32,000 nucleotides of DNA from Candidatus Nanopusillus acidilobi (GTDB lineage Archaea > Nanobdellota > Nanobdellia > Nanobdellales > Nanobdellaceae), in contig CP010514.1 in NCBI GenBank assembly GCA_001552015.1, positions 150,001 to 182,000 on the forward strand. The letters run 5' to 3'. How positions within the stretch are numbered: the first letter of the stretch is position 1; the number at the start of each line of letters is the position of its first letter. A program made the position numbers and the translations under genes. The notes beneath the pieces were generated by a model, which saw only the letters and a list, made by a program, of their open reading frames with translations, did not search any database and was not told the DNA's origin. This document shows positions 18,358 to 26,494 of the stretch, one piece after another.

Positions 18358-18432
18358 AATTATTTATAACAAAATTTTTGGCCTTTTTAATACCGATCCA
18401 TAATTAAATTAATTCTAAGAAAAATTTATTAA

Positions 18433-20109
18433 TTATACTGAAAATGGTAATGATGAAGGTCCATTTATATAGAAGTTCTTCAATATTTCCCATACTTCAA
18501 AGAAATCAAATATTTCATTTTCAACCATCTTTTTTAATATTCTAGCTCTATAATCTAATATTTCGTATATCTTTCTTTTATCATTTATTTTCATTAATGG
18601 TGCAATTTTCTTTTCTAATATATAACTATTATATTTTCCAACAAACATATGTTTATCCTGTACAGAATTCCATGTAAATACGTCTCTAACAGCAACTTTC
18701 TTTAATTCTGCAATATATTTTTCTATTTCGTATATATTTGTTACTCTTCTTTCATATCTTCCTTTTACTGTTACTGATGTTGTAAATACAGCAATATTTA
18801 AGTTATCTATAAATGTAATTGGTATATTTATTGGTTCTCCAGTCAATCTTTCTATTAGTGAAGTTATATTACCTGAGTGGAATGTTGTCATAACTGGATG
18901 ACCTGTTTGCATTGCCTGGAATGCTACATATCCTTCTTTACCTCTTATCTCACCTATTAGTATATAATTTGGTCTAGATCTTAATGCTGCTCTTAATAAA
19001 TCATACATAGATACATCTGCGCTTTTTCCGACTTCTCTTGTAATCAATCTTTGCCATATATTATGTGGTATATTTAATTCAGGTGTATCTTCTACAGAAT
19101 AAACCTTTGCATCTGGTTTAATAAATGTTGTCAATGCATTTAATAATGTAGTTTTTCCTGATGCTGTTTCTCCAGATATTATTATGTTCATTCCATTTTC
19201 AATTGCTAACCATAAATATGCAGCTTCCTCTGGAGAAATTGTACCAAATGAAATTAATTGTGTTATACTTAATGGTTTTGCAGAGAATTTTCTTATTGTA
19301 AATGAAGATCCATGTAAAGATATATCTTTACCATATATAAAATTAACTCTTGATCCATCTGGTAATATTGCATCAACTATTGGTCTTGTTTCTGATGCAG
19401 GTCTATCAACTATTTGTGAATATTTAATTATATATTTATTTAAATCTTCCTCATTTTTAAATTCTCTATTTGTTTTAAGCATTCCAAATATTTTATGTAC
19501 AACATAGATTGGACCTAAACCCAATATGTGGACGTCCTCTAAATAAGGATCTCTTAAAAATGGTTCTAAAAAACCATAACCAAATCTTTCCCTAATTAAG
19601 AAATATAATAACTTATCATATTCTTCTTGATTTTTTATATATACTTTATCAGAAAATAATTTTCTTCTTTGAAAATCAATAACCTTATTAAATAGGTCGA
19701 TTATATATCTTCTTACTTCTTCAATATTATTAAAGTTAATATCCTCTATTGCATATTTAACAATTTTTGTTTGTATTTGATCTAATTTTTTCTTTTCATT
19801 ATCATTTAATTCTGGTTCTATTACATTATATATTGCTTCTCCAGATGGTAATTTATATATATGAATAAATATTGGATCTCCAACAGGATATAATATATTA
19901 AATTCAGTTCTAGATCTAAGAGAAAAATCTAGAGAAGTCATCCATTCTGGAGGCCCAATTTTTAATGATATTTCATTAACATAATTTCTAAGATGTTCAT
20001 ATTTATTCAATGCCTCATCAAATGATTCAGTTATATCATTAGTTATTACTTTTGCATTTTCCCTCTTTATTACATATTCTTCTTTTGTTTCTTGTATTTG
20101 TTCAGGCAT
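18433..20109 (-). CDS. flaI: Archaellum/type IV secretion family ATPase FlaI (ArlI)
   Basis: ISGETASGKTTLLNAL Walker A, VYSVEDTPELNIPH, RSRPNYILIGEIRGKEGYVAFQAMQTGHPVMTTFHSG. Confidence 0.9.
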   Translation of the reverse strand: MPEQIQETKEEYVIKRENAKVITNDITESFDEALNKYEHLRNYVNEISLKIGPPEWMTSLDFSLRSRTEFNILYPVGDPIFIHIYKLPSGEAIYNVIEPELNDNEKKKLDQIQTKIVKYAIEDINFNNIEEVRRYIIDLFNKVIDFQRRKLFSDKVYIKNQEEYDKLLYFLIRERFGYGFLEPFLRDPYLEDVHILGLGPIYVVHKIFGMLKTNREFKNEEDLNKYIIKYSQIVDRPASETRPIVDAILPDGSRVNFIYGKDISLHGSSFTIRKFSAKPLSITQLISFGTISPEEAAYLWLAIENGMNIIISGETASGKTTLLNALTTFIKPDAKVYSVEDTPELNIPHNIWQRLITREVGKSADVSMYDLLRAALRSRPNYILIGEIRGKEGYVAFQAMQTGHPVMTTFHSGNITSLIERLTGEPINIPITFIDNLNIAVFTTSVTVKGRYERRVTNIYEIEKYIAELKKVAVRDVFTWNSVQDKHMFVGKYNSYILEKKIAPLMKINDKRKIYEILDYRARILKKMVENEIFDFFEVWEILKNFYINGPSSLPFSV

Positions 20110-20813
20110 TATACATATGAAGATATCTCAATTATTAGCCCTATATTTGGCTCTACTCTAAATGGTATTAATGTATTATATATTCCCATTGGATATCTAA
20201 ACCTCTTTACTTCTATCATTTTTAATAGTGATGATTCTCCAATGGAAGAAAACCTTAAATTAAAGTATATATCTGCAATTCTCCTTATATTTCTTACAAA
20301 AAATCTATTTATTTCTGAAGGATTATATGTTAAAATAATTGTTTTATCTAGATTTTTTATTTTACTTAAAAATTCAATTAATCTTATTGAATCCATTTTA
20401 TCTAACCCATTTATTAATGGATATGATAATGAATCTAATATTATTAACTCATTTTCTAATAGTTTTTTAGATTTTTCTTTTGTTAATTCAAATATTAAAT
20501 TTTCTCTCTCCTTTATTCTATTAAATAAATTAAGTGTTGGTATAAATAATAATTTTTGATTTAATAAATAATCTTTTATATCATAACCTAATGATTCCAT
20601 TTGTTTAATAAAATCTACAACAGATAATTCTGTAGAAATATATGTTGCAGTATGATTATTTGATAATGCTCCATATAATATTCTTTGACATACTATACTC
20701 TTTCCAGTTCCATTTTCTCCTTCAATTATAAATATACTACCTTTTGGAATTCCTCCCCCAATCCTATTTGAAAATTCATCCCTATCTAAATAAATATCGA
20801 TGTATTCTACCAT
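20109..20813 (-). CDS. flaH: FlaH (ArlH) RecA/KaiC-like ATPase
   Basis: IFIIEGENGTGKSIVCQRILYG; overlaps flaI by one base and sits in standard H-I order. Confidence 0.88.
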   Translation of the reverse strand: MVEYIDIYLDRDEFSNRIGGGIPKGSIFIIEGENGTGKSIVCQRILYGALSNNHTATYISTELSVVDFIKQMESLGYDIKDYLLNQKLLFIPTLNLFNRIKERENLIFELTKEKSKKLLENELIILDSLSYPLINGLDKMDSIRLIEFLSKIKNLDKTIILTYNPSEINRFFVRNIRRIADIYFNLRFSSIGESSLLKMIEVKRFRYPMGIYNTLIPFRVEPNIGLIIEISSYV

Positions 20814-21199
20814 TATGGACTAATATAATATAAAGATGATTGGCCATTACAAAATGTTACTGTTAAATTATCTCCAGCATTTACTGGATAACTTACATTT
20901 AATTCTATTGTATATTGATTTAATACCTTATATGTAAAGTTAACCATTGTATTTCCAACTTCTATGCTATTTATACAATTAGATGGATTTATATTTTGTA
21001 CCAAATATAGTATTGAATAATTACCATAATTATTATAATTTACTATATAATTTACTTGACTTACAAATGTTGGATTTGTAATATTTGATATTTCTTTTGC
21101 AATTATTTTTCCTGCTGAAGAATAAAAGTTGAAAAATGTACTTAAAACTAGATATCCGGCTATAAATAAAATAAATAAGTATATTAATTCCTTTATCAT
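20813..21199 (-). CDS. Archaellar stator-like FlaG/FlaF protein
   Basis: N-terminal helix, short beta-rich extracellular domain, position upstream of flaH. Confidence 0.65.
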   Translation of the reverse strand: MIKELIYLFILFIAGYLVLSTFFNFYSSAGKIIAKEISNITNPTFVSQVNYIVNYNNYGNYSILYLVQNINPSNCINSIEVGNTMVNFTYKVLNQYTIELNVSYPVNAGDNLTVTFCNGQSSLYYISP

Positions 21200-21930
21200 C
21201 TTGTTATTGGCGATATATATCCTTTTTGAATTAGCTCATTATATAGGTCTTTTAACCTTTCTATATTATCTGAACTACTTATTTGTGCCAATTTTGTTAT
21301 TATATATAGACTTACTATATGATCCATTGGTAATAATTTTTTATTTTCTCCCTCAACACTCTTTAATCCATTTAGATATTCCTTTAATTTTATTTTTATT
21401 TTTTCAGTTATCCAATTAATTGATTCATAATAATCTAAAGCATCATCTACTTCTTCTATATTTGATTTTTTAACTAAATATGCTAGCCAACCAATTATAA
21501 TTGAAGAAACAGTTGGATTATCATCAAGTTTACTTAATGGTAATATATTATTTTCTTGATTTTCTACATTATTTTCATTTATAACCTGAACATTTGGTTC
21601 TTCTTCTTTTTCTTCTTCTACAAAAGGATTATAATTTTTTATTAGCATTTCATATATAGAAAAAACCTTTTCTAAATTATTTTTAATACTATTTATTTCG
21701 TTTTGATGGCTTTCTACTGTAGAACTAATACTTGAAATATTGCTTGAAATTTCAGATACTTTATTCTCCAATTCTCTTACACTTTTAGCTAAACCTTCAA
21801 TGGAGTTAGTAATATTTTTTATTTCAGATGTATAATTTTGACTTACAATATTTTGTTGTGGTATAACATTAATGTTTTGGGTATTTTTATTATCATTTTT
21901 CTTCCTAAATATATTTGAAAATATACTCAT
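21196..21930 (-). CDS. FlaD/FlaE-domain archaellum protein with coiled coil
   Basis: LPLSKLDDNPTVSSIIIGWLAYLVKKSNIEEVDDALDYYESINWITEKIKIKLKEYLNG is the FlaD/E domain signature. Confidence 0.85.
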   Translation of the reverse strand: MSIFSNIFRKKNDNKNTQNINVIPQQNIVSQNYTSEIKNITNSIEGLAKSVRELENKVSEISSNISSISSTVESHQNEINSIKNNLEKVFSIYEMLIKNYNPFVEEEKEEEPNVQVINENNVENQENNILPLSKLDDNPTVSSIIIGWLAYLVKKSNIEEVDDALDYYESINWITEKIKIKLKEYLNGLKSVEGENKKLLPMDHIVSLYIITKLAQISSSDNIERLKDLYNELIQKGYISPITR

Positions 21931-21987
21931 ACAATTTTTAAATATCCTGAAATATATAAGTTTTATAATTATTGTTGATAATCATTA

Positions 21988-22623
21988 TTGATAATGATAG
22001 TTAAAAAGGCAGATTATATTAGTATATCATCTATAGGTATTGTAATGCATATGTTTGATGATTTTCTTATAGCAAGTAAAAGCGAAAAAAATAATATTGA
22101 AAGATTAAATATTGATATAAAAAAATATTATATAGAATCACCAGTTGTTTCTCCATATTTTATAGAATATGATAATAAAATAATTATTAGCTCTAATGCT
22201 CCTGAAGAATTAAAGAATATATTAAAGAATTATTTTGATATAATTGAAATAGATTTTATAGAAAATCTAATAGGAAATATATTTTTAATTGGGAAAAATG
22301 GAATAATTTATTCTCATGGAAAAGAAGAGGATGTAAAGAAAATATCTCAAAAATTATCTTTACCAGCATATAAAATAAAAACAAAATATCTTTTTGGAAG
22401 CATATCAAAATTATATAATAATAAATTATTAATAAGTCAGGAATTAAGTGATAAAATAATAGAGAAAGTAAAGGAAATTGCAGGTTATAATTTAGATATT
22501 GGATCAATTAATTTTGGAAGTCCATATTTAAGATACGGAATAGAAATTAATAAGGAATATTTAATAATTGGAAAATATTCTACTGGTCATGAAATTGTTA
22601 AGGTTGAGGAGTTCTTTTCATAG
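21988..22623 (+). CDS. eif6: Translation initiation factor eIF6 homolog
   Basis: Repeated pentein pattern: LIGNIFLIGKNGIIYSHG..., GSISKLYNNKLLISQEL, GSINFGSPYLRYGIEINKEYLIIGKYSTGHE. Confidence 0.8.
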   Translation: MIMIVKKADYISISSIGIVMHMFDDFLIASKSEKNNIERLNIDIKKYYIESPVVSPYFIEYDNKIIISSNAPEELKNILKNYFDIIEIDFIENLIGNIFLIGKNGIIYSHGKEEDVKKISQKLSLPAYKIKTKYLFGSISKLYNNKLLISQELSDKIIEKVKEIAGYNLDIGSINFGSPYLRYGIEINKEYLIIGKYSTGHEIVKVEEFFS

Positions 22624-22933
22624 ATATTTCATTTATTTTTGCTTTTATTTCATTTAGGTCCTGATTTAGTTTATTTATTATATCATCTATCAATTTTAAA
22701 ACTTCATCCTTGCTTTTTTCAGTAAATATATTTCTTCCAATATTTATTAATAAGTTTTGGTCATCTTTTATTGATCCTCTAACAAATATTAATCCTCCCA
22801 AATTTATATATGTATCTTCCTGCTTTTTTAGTTCATTAATAAAGCTTTTTATCAATTCATATTCTAATATCTTATTTTGTATATCTTCCAATTGACTATA
22901 TAAAAAATCTAATAGTTCATCAGAATTTTCCAT
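22598..22933 (-). CDS. pfdA: Prefoldin alpha subunit
   Basis: Coiled-coil arms flanking LGGLIFVRGSIKDDQNLLINIGRNIFTEKSKDEV; downstream of eL20 gene as in many archaea. Confidence 0.75.
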   Translation of the reverse strand: MENSDELLDFLYSQLEDIQNKILEYELIKSFINELKKQEDTYINLGGLIFVRGSIKDDQNLLINIGRNIFTEKSKDEVLKLIDDIINKLNQDLNEIKAKINEISMKRTPQP

Positions 22934-23216
22934 TTTTAATATTTTCTATAAATTTCTTTAAATTCTTATCCTTTATATCATTTTCACCAATTTCTTCAAT
23001 TTTTAATATTTTTATTTTATTTCTTTTTACTTTATATGCACTTCCAAATAATGAATATATTCTTTCTAAAACATCATTTTCATTTATTCCCAATATTTCT
23101 TTTGTAAATTTATATACTACCTTTCTTTTTGTTAAAACTCCTTCCTTTTTCTTTAAATTTCTTAAAATCTTTGTTTTAAATATTAATCCTTCAACTCTAT
23201 ATATTTTTACTTCCAT
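22920..23216 (-). CDS. Ribosomal protein eL20 (LX/L18a)
   Basis: VLERIYSLFGSAYKVKRNKIKILKIEEI matches the LX signature. Confidence 0.8.
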   Translation of the reverse strand: MEVKIYRVEGLIFKTKILRNLKKKEGVLTKRKVVYKFTKEILGINENDVLERIYSLFGSAYKVKRNKIKILKIEEIGENDIKDKNLKKFIENIKNGKF

Positions 23217-23217
23217 C

Positions 23218-24195
23218 TTAATTTTTTGGTGATAATGATATATATTCTATGCCTATTTTTTCAGGATTCCTTGGTGGTCTTATTGCTTTTCTTAATATCA
23301 ATAATCTTTTCTTTGCTCCTATTACTGAACCTTTTAGCATTACATATGTATTCTTTACAATTCCATAATGTGGCCAGCCAGAACTTGGATTTATTTCATT
23401 ATAATTATCAGAAATCTTTATTATTAATTTATTATATTCTGTTCTTCTAAAGAATCCATATTGACCTGGCATTGGTGTTGTTGGAAATATTCTTCTCATT
23501 CCTCTTGACCCCCTGGCACCTATATGTCTTACAGATTTACTTCTCTTTACTTCTCTATATTGAACTGTTATTCCATATCTTTTTACTTCTCCTTGGAGTC
23601 CTTTTCCTTTTGTTACTCCAATTATATCTACATATTCTCCCTCATTAAATACATCATTTATTTTTATTTGATTTCCTAATAAATTTTTTGCATAATTAAA
23701 TATTTCTTTAATATTATTTCCTCCAACAGGTATTTCAAATATCTCAGGTTTCTTCTTTTTAATTGTTGTTAGCCATGGTTGTGTATATACAATCAATTTT
23801 ATTAATGAAACTTTATCTAATAATTGTTCTGCATCTTGAAGATCCTTTTCTAAATCTTCATTTGGTTCTAATGTTTTTATTCTTCTTTTAACATGTTCAT
23901 CAAAATTATTAGAAATAATATCCTTTAAAGATAAGAATCCTTTATTTGTATCTTTTTTATATAATCTAATTCCAAGAACCTTTAACGGAGGAGTTTCTAT
24001 AATTGATACAGGTACATATTTTCCTTCTTTTGTTAAAATATGCGTCATACCAACTTTATATCCAGCAAATGCAACTGGTTGAATATTATTGATAGAAGGC
24101 CAACTCTTTATTATTGGATAGATTCTTTTAGCTCTTACTCTTGGCCAAAATTGCATAGATACTGCTCTAGGCTGATGTCTACCATGCTGTGGCAT
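23218..24195 (-). CDS. rpl3: 50S ribosomal protein L3 (uL3)
   Basis: AGYKVGMTHIL, GVTKGKGLQGEVKRYGI, MPGQYGFFRRTEYNKLI. Confidence 0.97.
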   Translation of the reverse strand: MPQHGRHQPRAVSMQFWPRVRAKRIYPIIKSWPSINNIQPVAFAGYKVGMTHILTKEGKYVPVSIIETPPLKVLGIRLYKKDTNKGFLSLKDIISNNFDEHVKRRIKTLEPNEDLEKDLQDAEQLLDKVSLIKLIVYTQPWLTTIKKKKPEIFEIPVGGNNIKEIFNYAKNLLGNQIKINDVFNEGEYVDIIGVTKGKGLQGEVKRYGITVQYREVKRSKSVRHIGARGSRGMRRIFPTTPMPGQYGFFRRTEYNKLIIKISDNYNEINPSSGWPHYGIVKNTYVMLKGSVIGAKKRLLILRKAIRPPRNPEKIGIEYISLSPKN

Positions 24196-24251
24196 TTTTT
24201 AATATGTTGTTAAAAACTCTTTTAAATTTTTGAAAAATCTTTTATTTTTAA

Positions 24252-24322
24252 GGGACCGTAGGCTAGTGGTAGGCTACTGGGTTTGGGTCCCAGGGATCGG
24301 GGTTCGAATCCCCGCGGTCCCA
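24252..24322 (+). tRNA. tRNA-Pro (TGG)
   Basis: Acceptor GGGACCG/CGGTCCC, anticodon arm CTGGG-TTTGGGT-CCCAG, T arm CGGGG-TTCGAAT-CCCCG, discriminator A; no CCA. Confidence 0.97.
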
Positions 24323-24390
24323 TTTTTTGACTCAATCTTTATAATGTTTTTGACTATAATTTTAATACTTCATTTATATTATATATTATA

Positions 24391-24439
24391 GTGAAGATGC
24401 AAGGCATTGCTGATAAATGATGAAACATCGATATACAGA
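24391..24439 (+). ncRNA. Candidate archaeal C/D-box sRNA (B)
   Basis: GTGAAGA(24391-24397)-N12 tgcaaggcattg-CTGA-TAA-ATGATGA(24417-24423)-N12 aacatcgatata-CAGA(24436-24439). Confidence 0.65.
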
Positions 24440-24482
24440 TGGAATTAAGTATTTTAATTTTTCATAATAATATTTTATAATT

Positions 24483-24557
24483 GGACCCGTAGCTCAGCAT
24501 GGATAGAGCGACGGCCTTCTAAGCCGTAGGTCGGGGGTTCGAATCCCCCCGGGTCCG
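24483..24557 (+). tRNA. tRNA-Arg (TCT)
   Basis: Acceptor GGACCCG/CGGGTCC, D arm AGCTCAGCATGGATAGAGC, anticodon arm ACGGC-CTTCTAA-GCCGT, T arm GGGGG-TTCGAAT-CCCCC, discriminator G. Confidence 0.97.
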
Positions 24558-25013
24558 CTATTGATTTGAAATTTTAAATGGCAAAGGAGCTTGTTGTACA
24601 GTATTTCCATATGTAAATGAAAATAAATAAGATCCACTATTTGATAATAAATTACTTATAATTGTATCTTCATTTGTACAATTTAATTCAATTGTCTCTT
24701 GACTATTTGAAGGTAATGTATAATTATTTGTAACTATATTACATGTACCTTGATAACTATTTTGACTATATGTATATGTAACTTTCATATTACTTAGATT
24801 AATATTAGGTCCAGCATTATATATTATTGCATATATACCATTCGAAGTAAAGTACATATATGATATTTTAAATGATGCAGAATTGGATGATGAAGTACTC
24901 TTACCCAAAAATTTCAAAATTACTTGTGGAGGTACAAATAAATATAAAATAACAGCAACTCCTAATATAATGCCAAATATTATAATAAGGGTTGTTAGGA
25001 AGTCACTCCTCAT
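24558..25013 (-). CDS. FlaG/FlaF-like or pilin-like exported protein (151 aa)
   Basis: N-terminal hydrophobic helix then beta-rich domain with Cys pairs, similar in layout to 20813-21199. Confidence 0.5.
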   Translation of the reverse strand: MRSDFLTTLIIIFGIILGVAVILYLFVPPQVILKFLGKSTSSSNSASFKISYMYFTSNGIYAIIYNAGPNINLSNMKVTYTYSQNSYQGTCNIVTNNYTLPSNSQETIELNCTNEDTIISNLLSNSGSYLFSFTYGNTVQQAPLPFKISNQ

Positions 25014-25046
25014 TATAATAAAATAATTTTATGATATTTTTAAATT

Positions 25047-25988
25047 TTAGTTTTTTATAACTTTAAAATCTATACAAACCCTATAATTTCCTGGGGCTAT
25101 ATCTCCAACTTTTAATATATTTAATATCTCATATTTAAAGTTTAATTCATTGGAATATTTTTCTAATAATTCTATTGCCCTTTCTTTTATTTTTTCTTCT
25201 TCAAAGAATTGATATAGATGTATTATTCCATTATTTTTTATTAGAGGTATTGCATATTCTAAAAATGTATGACTTTCCTTTGGTAATGGCATTATAATTC
25301 TATCAAAATTTTTATTAAATTTTTCTAAATTTTCCAATTCGCTAATATATCTTAATTTTTTATATTTTATATTTTTTATCATTTCATCATATTCATAAAT
25401 ATATAAATTGTTTATTTCTAATCCAGAATCAATTATATCCTTTATATATTCTTTATCATTTTTTATTATTCCATCTCCATTTTCTAAATGACCTATATAT
25501 TTTGATACATCCCTTACATCCCCCAATAATGTAATAACATTATTTACCTTATTTATTTTTAAATTTTCTAATCCATATTTTACTGCAAAAGGATTTAATT
25601 CAATTGAATATACTATTTTAGCCTTTGAATATTTTGCTATATATATTGGATATACATTTACACCAGAAAACATTACTAAAACTTCTTCATTTTCTTTTAC
25701 TTGTTTTGCAATCCTATATCTTTCATTACTTAATCTTGGGGAATAATAGCATCTAAAAACATCTACTTTGAATCTTAATCCATATTCAATATTAATTGTT
25801 TCAGTTTTATTTTCTCCATACAAAATTTTATATTTCGGAATCCTATATGGAGGTAAAACATCTGTTTCTTGTAGTAAAATTGTCCTTATAAATTTGTGTT
25901 TTTCTAATATTCTCTTTATATATTCTTCTTCTTCATATTTTAATGGTTTTTTAATTACAGCTATATCACCTATAATATCATAAGACAT
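25047..25988 (-). CDS. trm5: tRNA (guanine37-N1)-methyltransferase Trm5 family
   Basis: GLRFKVDVFRCYYSPRLSNERYRIAKQV, VLVMFSGVNVYPIYIAK, VYSIELNPFAVKYGLENLKIN, FDRIIMPLPKESHTFL. Confidence 0.88.
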   Translation of the reverse strand: MSYDIIGDIAVIKKPLKYEEEEYIKRILEKHKFIRTILLQETDVLPPYRIPKYKILYGENKTETINIEYGLRFKVDVFRCYYSPRLSNERYRIAKQVKENEEVLVMFSGVNVYPIYIAKYSKAKIVYSIELNPFAVKYGLENLKINKVNNVITLLGDVRDVSKYIGHLENGDGIIKNDKEYIKDIIDSGLEINNLYIYEYDEMIKNIKYKKLRYISELENLEKFNKNFDRIIMPLPKESHTFLEYAIPLIKNNGIIHLYQFFEEEKIKERAIELLEKYSNELNFKYEILNILKVGDIAPGNYRVCIDFKVIKN

Positions 25989-26334
25989 AATATATTTTAA
26001 ACGGAAAACAATAAAAATATTATTTTTTTATTAAATAAATTTATGCTATTTATTTTTCCTTTCTTTATTTTTAATTTTTCTCATTATTCAAAATATAATG
26101 GTTATTCTATCTTTTAGCTAATATTGATATATATATTAAGGCTTTGGGTACCTAAATTGTATATATTATTTAAATGTTTCTATGTATTCTGATTACTTTA
26201 TAAATATTTATAAATAACCTTTTTATAAATTATTTATAAATATTTACCCCGTTCAACCTTTTACTACATATTAGTATTCATTTGAAGTCATAAAAAAATG
26301 AAAGATTTTTAAACATTTTATATAATAATATATC

Positions 26335-26376
26335 ATGGCAAAGAAAGGTGAAAAGAAAGAAGAAAAGAAACAGTAA
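26335..26376 (+). other. Possible 13-codon mini-ORF, MAKKGEKKEEKKQ*, after a TATA-like box
   Basis: ATTTTTAAAC box about 25 nt upstream; ATG then 13 codons of strongly charged composition. Confidence 0.25.
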
Positions 26377-26377
26377 A

Positions 26378-26454
26378 GATAAAGCATAATATATAGAATA
26401 TTTATTTGTGAAATATACTAAATATAGTAGACGCGGGTTTTCATCGGCTTTATC
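26378..26454 (+). ncRNA. Candidate structured RNA closed by an 8-bp stem
   Basis: GATAAAGC (26378-26385) pairs with GCTTTATC (26447-26454); inner hairpin TAG-A-ATATTT / AAATAT-A-CTA; followed by T-rich tract. Confidence 0.35.
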
Positions 26455-26494
26455 CATATTTTTAATTTTTTATTTTTGGCTTATAAATTTTTAT

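Noticed and set aside
19184-20559. Plus-strand ORFs 19184-19507 and 20092-20559
   Set aside because: Antisense to well supported flaI and flaH.
26420-26460. GC-rich segment near 26431-26454 as a split tRNA half
   Set aside because: No T-loop GTTCGAA motif, no acceptor or anticodon stem could be built on either strand.
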